Shown: positions 27,349 through 32,000 of the stretch, piece by piece | Position numbering within the stretch: the first letter of the stretch is position 1 | Layout of the letters: each line of letters begins with the position of its first letter | NCBI RefSeq assembly: GCF_000007985.2 | Contig: NC_002939.5 | Location: forward strand, 360,001-392,000 | Direction: 5' to 3' | Length of the DNA stretch: 32,000 nucleotides | From: Geobacter sulfurreducens PCA | GTDB lineage: Bacteria; Desulfobacterota; Desulfuromonadia; Geobacterales; Geobacteraceae | The notes under the pieces: model-generated | What the model saw: the letters and a program-made list of their open reading frames with translations, nothing else | Told to the model about the DNA's origin: nothing | Databases searched by the model: none | Position numbers and translations under genes: made by a program

Positions 27349-28950
27349 TTACTTCTTGGGTTCCATGGCGTCGTTCAGGAGCTTAACCCCTGCCTTGGAT
27401 GCCGCGATGGAGGAGGTCAGGCTGTCGCGGGCCAGTTCGGGATTGTGGAAACCGTCGCTGTTTTCAGCGGTCCAGTACTCCCACAGTACATGGGCTTCCT
27501 CATGCTTCTCCCGTGCCTTGGCCAGGACATCTTCACCGATTCCCATCCGCTTGGCGGCGGCGTAGGTGTCGATCAGTTGGCCGAGCCAGTATTCCGCCTT
27601 GCGCATCTTGCCGCGGATGTAGTTACGGGTTCCCTCGATCTGGTAGGACTTCTGCTCCACGGTGCTCTTGGGATGGCAGCCGAGACAGGCTTCTTTCACA
27701 TGGTGAGCGGGACGAATCACGCCGTGGGATTTAAACATCTTGCCGTCTTTGCCCTTCATGCGCGGCATGTGGCAGTCGGCGCAGCCGACGCCGGCCCGGT
27801 CATGGACACTGCCCGCGTAGGTTTCGGCTTCCGGGTGCTGCAGCTTGACGAGGCGTGCCCCTGTGATCGCGTGCTTGAAATCGTAGAAATCGAGCTTCTT
27901 GTAGTGTGCGAGGAGATCCTTTGCATTTTTGAGGGGGAAGTGGTTGGTGCGCTGGTCGTCGTAGCCCACTTTCTGGCCGTCTGACCACTGGGAGCCCGCG
28001 TTGCAGTTGTACTCAACGTGGCACTGGGCGCACATGAGCCGGGAATCGGTCTTTTCCATGACGCCGATCTTGCGGAAACCGTCGCGGAAAGAGATAACTT
28101 TCAGGTCGGTCTTGCCGTTCTTGGCGAAAATATTGGCGGTCGGGTCCTTCTCAATTGCCTGGATCAGGCCGTCACGCACCACGCGGGGTTGGGTGCCATG
28201 GGGGTCGTGACAGTGGATGCACCCCACCGGATTCTGGGTGTCCTTGGCCACTGCAACGATGTCGGAACTCCGGTCCCACGTGGCCTTGGGGTCCTTGTCC
28301 CCCATAAACTTCCATTTGAGGATGTGATCGGACGTCTTGCACTGGATACAGGTGGGATTTCCCGCCATGGCCGTTTCCGGTAGCTTCTTGCCCGTGTCGG
28401 TCAGGATGTCCCATGCCTTGCCGGTGGCGTCCATTCCCCAGGCGCCCTTCTTGTACTGAAAACGCCCTCCCTGGAAACGGTCGACGATGAATTGGTCAAC
28501 CACCATGAAGGCGTGTCCCCGGGGTTCGTTGTGCTCGAAGGTGAAACCGTGGCCGGCCAGGAGCTTGTCCTGCATGGGGGAGCGCCCGGTGGGAATCCCT
28601 TTCTCCTTGCGCGGTTGGGCGTCGTAGTTGACCGTGAAGAAACTGCTGTATTCATTTTTGTGGCACGAACCGCACTTGGCCGGATCCAGATTGGTGCCCG
28701 GCTTGGTCTCGTAGTTGGCCAGGTGCTCCTTGAGTTTGTCGTGGCAGGAATCGCAGGCAAGACGGGCGTGCTTTGATCCTTCCTTGAGGGCCTTGACCTC
28801 CTCGTGACAGCCGTAGCATGTCTCCCGTCCGTCACCCTTGGCACCCGTGGCAGCAGGCTTGCCCTTTGCCGCCGTGGAGAGTGCCGGGATCGACAGGGCA
28901 ACTGCCGCTCCCGCGGCCACCGCCAGTACAGCCAGTCGTTTCTTCCACAT
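27349..28950 (-). CDS. Octahaem cytochrome c, TvNiR/ONR-type (NrfA-related) putative nitrite/hydroxylamine/sulfite reductase
   Basis: 533 aa with a Sec signal peptide. Seven CXXCH motifs (C45, C66, C93, C244, C307, C390, C422) and one CXXCK (CIQCK, residues 201-205, nt 28336-28350) as the fourth motif. NrfA-like CAQCHVEY followed by N-C (Y314-N-C316, nt 28003-28011). AAAGGAG SD upstream. Confidence 0.8.
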   Translation of the reverse strand: MWKKRLAVLAVAAGAAVALSIPALSTAAKGKPAATGAKGDGRETCYGCHEEVKALKEGSKHARLACDSCHDKLKEHLANYETKPGTNLDPAKCGSCHKNEYSSFFTVNYDAQPRKEKGIPTGRSPMQDKLLAGHGFTFEHNEPRGHAFMVVDQFIVDRFQGGRFQYKKGAWGMDATGKAWDILTDTGKKLPETAMAGNPTCIQCKTSDHILKWKFMGDKDPKATWDRSSDIVAVAKDTQNPVGCIHCHDPHGTQPRVVRDGLIQAIEKDPTANIFAKNGKTDLKVISFRDGFRKIGVMEKTDSRLMCAQCHVEYNCNAGSQWSDGQKVGYDDQRTNHFPLKNAKDLLAHYKKLDFYDFKHAITGARLVKLQHPEAETYAGSVHDRAGVGCADCHMPRMKGKDGKMFKSHGVIRPAHHVKEACLGCHPKSTVEQKSYQIEGTRNYIRGKMRKAEYWLGQLIDTYAAAKRMGIGEDVLAKAREKHEEAHVLWEYWTAENSDGFHNPELARDSLTSSIAASKAGVKLLNDAMEPKK

Positions 28951-28982
28951 ACGTTGATTTCTCCTTTCGTGATAGGTTACGG

Positions 28983-29486
28983 CTAGCCGTTCAACGGCTC
29001 AATACTCATCGCGTTCGGCTTTGCCGGGCAGACATGTCTGCAGCCGCCGCAACCGGTACATTTTCGTTTGCTCACCCGGATGGTTCTGCCGAAGATGAGG
29101 GTGAGCGCTCCCTCGGGACAGCGCTCAATGCAGACGGAACACCCTTCGCGAACCAGGCAGCGGTCACGGATTAACCGGGCTCTGCCGATCACCATGCGTT
29201 CCCCTTCGTTTGGCAGTGTCAGAATGCCCTTGGGGCAAGCCCCGGCGCAGAGGTAGCAAAAGGTGCAGCGCCCCTGGAAAAAGTCGAGGTGCGGTCCCTT
29301 TCGGGCAAAGTCACGCACGATAATTGCTGAGGGACAGGCATCCCGGCAGGCGGTGCAATCGCCGCAGGAGCCAGATGCGGTTTCCTTGAATCGCGGCGGT
29401 CGGCACACGGGGGTAGCCGCGCCGATGTTCCGCGCCGCACTCCAATAACCGGACAAGAATCGGAACAGAAACCAGCGTCCTGCCAT
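28983..29486 (-). CDS. NapF-like ferredoxin with four [4Fe-4S]-type Cys motifs
   Basis: 167 aa. N-terminus GRWF...RPPRF resembles E. coli NapF (GRWRK...RPPW, from memory). Motifs CGDCTACRDACP, CTFCYLCAGACP, CLVREGCSVCIERCP and CTGCGGCRHVCP. Lies 32 nt upstream of the cytochrome gene. Confidence 0.7.
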   Translation of the reverse strand: MAGRWFLFRFLSGYWSAARNIGAATPVCRPPRFKETASGSCGDCTACRDACPSAIIVRDFARKGPHLDFFQGRCTFCYLCAGACPKGILTLPNEGERMVIGRARLIRDRCLVREGCSVCIERCPEGALTLIFGRTIRVSKRKCTGCGGCRHVCPAKPNAMSIEPLNG

Positions 29487-29660
29487 TGCCCCGCCTTTGC
29501 TTATCTGTTAGGCATCTTGCGGTGTCGGAAGTGTCCGGGAATTCTCTCTGCAGAGATGCTGTCTATTAAATTAGCAAACATTCTAGAACATGCAACGCGT
29601 GGAGAGGGATACACTGCTTATGGTCAGCCGTGTGTCCTGAGAAACTGTCTGGCAGGGAAG

Positions 29661-29676
29661 AGCAGGTTGCGTACCA
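29661..29676 (-). promoter_or_regulatory. Candidate sigma-54 (-24/-12) promoter upstream of the NapF-like gene
   Basis: The minus strand reads TGGTACGcaacCTGCT against the consensus TGGCACG-N4-TTGCW. GG-to-GC spacing is the canonical 12 nt. A sigma-54 activator gene lies immediately upstream. Confidence 0.5.
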
Positions 29677-29805
29677 ACCATGGCTCAGAAGTGCAATGTT
29701 GTCTAATTAGCCGTAATTGTTGGTGGTAGGAGATGGCGGCGGCGACGGTTTGCGCTTTAGAATGTGGCGAAGTGTTACTTTGAGGTAACGTATGTGTGGT
29801 GGGCG

Positions 29806-31182
29806 TTACGTGCGCTCCATCTGTTTAAGTTTTTCCCAAAGAGTCTTGCGGGAGATGCCGAGGAGTTTTGCCGCCACCCCCTTGCGGTTGCCGGTTGTCT
29901 GCAGCGCTTCGCGGATGGCCTCCTGTTCGGCGACGGATACCGCCCGGGAGAGGGTTGCCGTCGGTGGCTCCTTGGGGAGAGCGGCACCAGCCGGCGCCGC
30001 AGATGCTCCCGTTACGAAGTAGGGGGCAAGATCGGCCAGGGTGATGGTCTCGCCCATCGACAGGGCCACGCCTCGCTCAATGGCATTCTCCAACTCCCGG
30101 ACGTTCCCCGGATAGTCATAGTCCAGGAGTGCCTTGCGGGCGTCTGGGGCGATGCAATGGACCGGTTTGCGCATCCGCTCTGCGTAGACGGACAGAAAGT
30201 GCTCGGCCAAGGGGAGAATGTCTTCACGGCGCTCCCGGAGCGGCGGCAGATGGATGGGAATGACGTTGAGGCGGTAAAAAAGGTCTTCCCGAAAGGCCCC
30301 GCGCTCGACTTCCCTGCGCAGATCTTTGTTGGTGGCAGCGATGATCCGCACATCAACGGCGATCTCGCGGTTGCCTCCGATCCGCTCCAGGGTCTTTCCC
30401 TGGATTACGCGCAACAGCTTTGCTTGGGCGGCCAGGGGCATCTCGCCGATTTCGTCGAGGAAAATGGTTCCCAGGTGGGCCTGTTCGAATTTCCCCTTGC
30501 GTTCCCGCACCGCCCCCGTGAATGCTCCCCGCTCGTGGCCGAAAAGTTCCGATTCCAGAAGCGTTTCCGGGAGGGCGGCGCAGTTTACCTTGACGAAGGG
30601 ATTCTTGTGGCGCGGGCTCATCTGGTGAATGGCACAGGCCACCAGTTCCTTGCCTGTCCCGCTTTCGCCGGAGATGAGGATGGTGGAATCAAGGGCTGCC
30701 GTAGCCCTGATCATGTGGAACACCGGTTCCATGGCATGACTTTTTCCGATCATTCCGCCGCAGGCGAAGTCGGCGCGTACCTGCTCCCTCAAGGAGTTGT
30801 TTTCCTCCTTGAGGAGCTCTTTCTCGGTGATGTCCCGCGAGATCAGGAGAGTCCCCTCGTAGATCCCGTTCTCGTTTCGGATGGGGTAGTAGCTGTTTTC
30901 GAAGATCTTTTCCCTTACGTGGATCACTCGGGTGGAAAAAGGGATGTCACCCCCCTTGAGCCCGGCGATGAGCCGACGGATGCGCCCTTCGGACGCGGGT
31001 GAGTGAATGGAGACGATGCTCCGCCCCAGATAGTTGCCGGCGATGATTCCGCGGATATCCTCGGCGGCCGCATTGATATAGCGGATTCTGTCGTCTGCGT
31101 CGGCGAAGATGATCCCCTCTCCCATGCTGGCGAGAATTGCCCGAAAAACGGGCAAATGAAGCGGCTGTGGTTCAGTGCGCAC
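29806..31182 (-). CDS. Sigma-54-dependent transcriptional activator (PAS sensor domain, AAA+ domain, Fis-type HTH; no receiver domain)
   Basis: 458 aa. PAS-like N-terminus (FRAILASMGEGIIFADADDRIRYINAAAEDI ... YEGTLLISRDITEKE). Walker A GESGTGKE. GAFTGA loop (ERGAFTGA). ESELFGHE. C-terminal HTH AAKLLGISRKTLWEKLK. GTG start with GGGAGGA SD. Confidence 0.9.
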   Translation of the reverse strand: MRTEPQPLHLPVFRAILASMGEGIIFADADDRIRYINAAAEDIRGIIAGNYLGRSIVSIHSPASEGRIRRLIAGLKGGDIPFSTRVIHVREKIFENSYYPIRNENGIYEGTLLISRDITEKELLKEENNSLREQVRADFACGGMIGKSHAMEPVFHMIRATAALDSTILISGESGTGKELVACAIHQMSPRHKNPFVKVNCAALPETLLESELFGHERGAFTGAVRERKGKFEQAHLGTIFLDEIGEMPLAAQAKLLRVIQGKTLERIGGNREIAVDVRIIAATNKDLRREVERGAFREDLFYRLNVIPIHLPPLRERREDILPLAEHFLSVYAERMRKPVHCIAPDARKALLDYDYPGNVRELENAIERGVALSMGETITLADLAPYFVTGASAAPAGAALPKEPPTATLSRAVSVAEQEAIREALQTTGNRKGVAAKLLGISRKTLWEKLKQMERT

Positions 31183-31285
31183 GGTAAGTCCTCCCGAATG
31201 TTACTTGATCGTAACACGGCAACGATTTCGACTCCACTATTTTCCCGTGATTAGGGACGAGAAAGTCGCGGCAGCCGCCTGTCGG

Positions 31286-31313
31286 TTGACATTGACCCCT
31301 CGTGGCGTATAAT
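31286..31313 (+). promoter_or_regulatory. Near-consensus sigma-70 promoter (TTGACA-16-TATAAT) for the OmpA-like gene
   Basis: TTGACA 31286-31291 and TATAAT 31308-31313, both 6/6. The spacer is 16 nt. Lies about 128 nt upstream of the ATG at 31442. Confidence 0.6.
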
Positions 31314-31441
31314 TGTGCCCAATCAATGAACAGTAGTCACATCACCATGTCATGAGCAGCGACTGTACGGTTCAGGGCTGTGTCGTTCCGACGCGGGCAG
31401 TGAGCCGTCACGCAGCATCTACTACTCAAAGGAGGTCATCA

Positions 31442-32000
31442 ATGAAGCAACGAATCGTGCCCGGACTGCTTGCCTTGGCCGCGATAGCCGTCACGGCCGC
31501 GCCAACACTCGCCGAAAACAGGAGCGGAGCAGGGTACATCTCTCCCTTTGTGGGCGGCTACACGTTTGACGGCGCACAACACCTGAAAACCCGTCCGACT
31601 TTCGGCCTGAGAGGCGGCTACAACCTGGACAAGAACTGGGCCGCTGAACTGCTCTTCGGGTATGTCCCCACCAAGCAGAGCAGGGGGCAGGGAAATGACG
31701 CGGATGCTTACCGTTACGGTCTCGACGTCCTCTATAACTTCATGCCCGACAGCGCTCTGGTGCCGTTCCTCGCCGTAGGCGGCGGCGCATCCACCATCGA
31801 TCACTCCGAAGGGGTGAGCGACGAGCACGAGCAGTATGTGAACTACGGTGGCGGCCTCAAATACTTCCTGACCGATAATTTCGCACTTCGTGGCGACGTG
31901 CGGCACATCTACATGCTCGGCCCCGAAAACCACAATTTTGAGTACACGGTGGGACTCAACTACCTCTTTGGCGGTGAGCGCCCCGCGCCGGCCAAGGTTG
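31442..32000 (+). CDS. Outer-membrane beta-barrel protein, OmpA-like N-terminal domain (gene runs off the window end)
   Basis: Missing from the ORF track because it has no stop in the window. Manual translation: MKQRIVPGLLALAAIAVTAAPTLAENRSGAGYISPFVGGYTFDG...FGLRGGYNLDKNWAAELLFGY...YRYGLDVLYNF...VPFLAVGGG...YGGGLKYFLTDNFALRGDVRHIY...YTVGLNYLFGG. This is a signal peptide plus alternating aromatic beta-strand pattern. AAAGGAGG SD lies 6 nt upstream. Confidence 0.7.
   Translation, partial: MKQRIVPGLLALAAIAVTAAPTLAENRSGAGYISPFVGGYTFDGAQHLKTRPTFGLRGGYNLDKNWAAELLFGYVPTKQSRGQGNDADAYRYGLDVLYNFMPDSALVPFLAVGGGASTIDHSEGVSDEHEQYVNYGGGLKYFLTDNFALRGDVRHIYMLGPENHNFEYTVGLNYLFGGERPAPAKV

Noticed and set aside
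29681-29696. Plus-strand sigma-54-like motif TGGCTCagaagTGCAA in the NapF-like/activator intergenic region.
   Set aside because: The GG-to-GC spacing is 11 nt rather than the invariant 12. It also points into the 3' end of the convergent-oriented activator gene, with nothing to transcribe.
29517-29729. 70-aa Cys-rich plus-strand ORF (TTG start) in the 320-nt intergenic region.
   Set aside because: It has a non-ATG start, no SD and no recognisable Cys motif spacing. It overlaps the predicted sigma-54 promoter and leader of the opposite strand. It is more likely chance in GC-rich non-coding DNA.
31326-31355. Nine-codon upstream ORF (MNSSHITMS) in the OmpA-like leader.
   Set aside because: It has no SD, is very short and has no regulatory amino-acid pattern. 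It cannot be told apart from chance.
31314-31441. GEMM-I (c-di-GMP/cGAMP) riboswitch upstream of the outer-membrane protein gene.
   Set aside because: I could not find the conserved GEMM core strings or the two-hairpin architecture by eye. Only weak 4-5-bp pairings are present.
1-32000. CRISPR arrays, tRNA or rRNA genes, insertion sequences, integrases, toxin-antitoxin pairs.
   Set aside because: No regularly spaced direct repeats, cloverleaf-like segments, transposase or integrase-like ORFs, or long terminal inverted repeats were seen. The intergenic regions are short and accounted for by promoters and terminators.

Overview
The window reads as core chromosome from a Geobacter-like (Desulfuromonadota) bacterium. 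That assignment rests on remembered synteny and protein signatures and has not been checked by search.

Gene order:
- Minus strand: gspD (5' part only) and gspC.
- Plus strand: degP/htrA and pepA.
- Minus strand: a short F0 operon (atpZ-atpI-atpB-atpE) preceded by hemL.
- Plus strand: a complete 14-gene complex I operon, nuoA-N (7861-22846), followed by a strong terminator and then tpx.

The last 9 kb is the less ordinary part:
- A translationally coupled three-gene cassette at 23603-25633. It encodes a YqaA/DedA-family membrane protein, a DUF2201-type putative metallopeptidase+VWA protein, and an unrecognisable 136-aa protein.
- A minus-strand module at 25786-31182. It encodes a PAS-containing sigma-54 enhancer-binding protein, a NapF-like 4x[4Fe-4S] ferredoxin, an octahaem cytochrome c with a CXXCK motif (TvNiR/ONR-type nitrite reductase signature), and a histidine kinase whose periplasmic domain carries a CXXCH haem-c site.
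- The 5' part of an OmpA-like beta-barrel gene, which runs off the window end.

I saw no tRNA or rRNA genes, CRISPR arrays, transposases or integrases. Nearly all long ORFs on the opposite strand of these genes look like antisense artefacts.

The two accessory-looking clusters are the best candidates for undescribed biology. All functional calls come from motif recognition by eye, with no database search.
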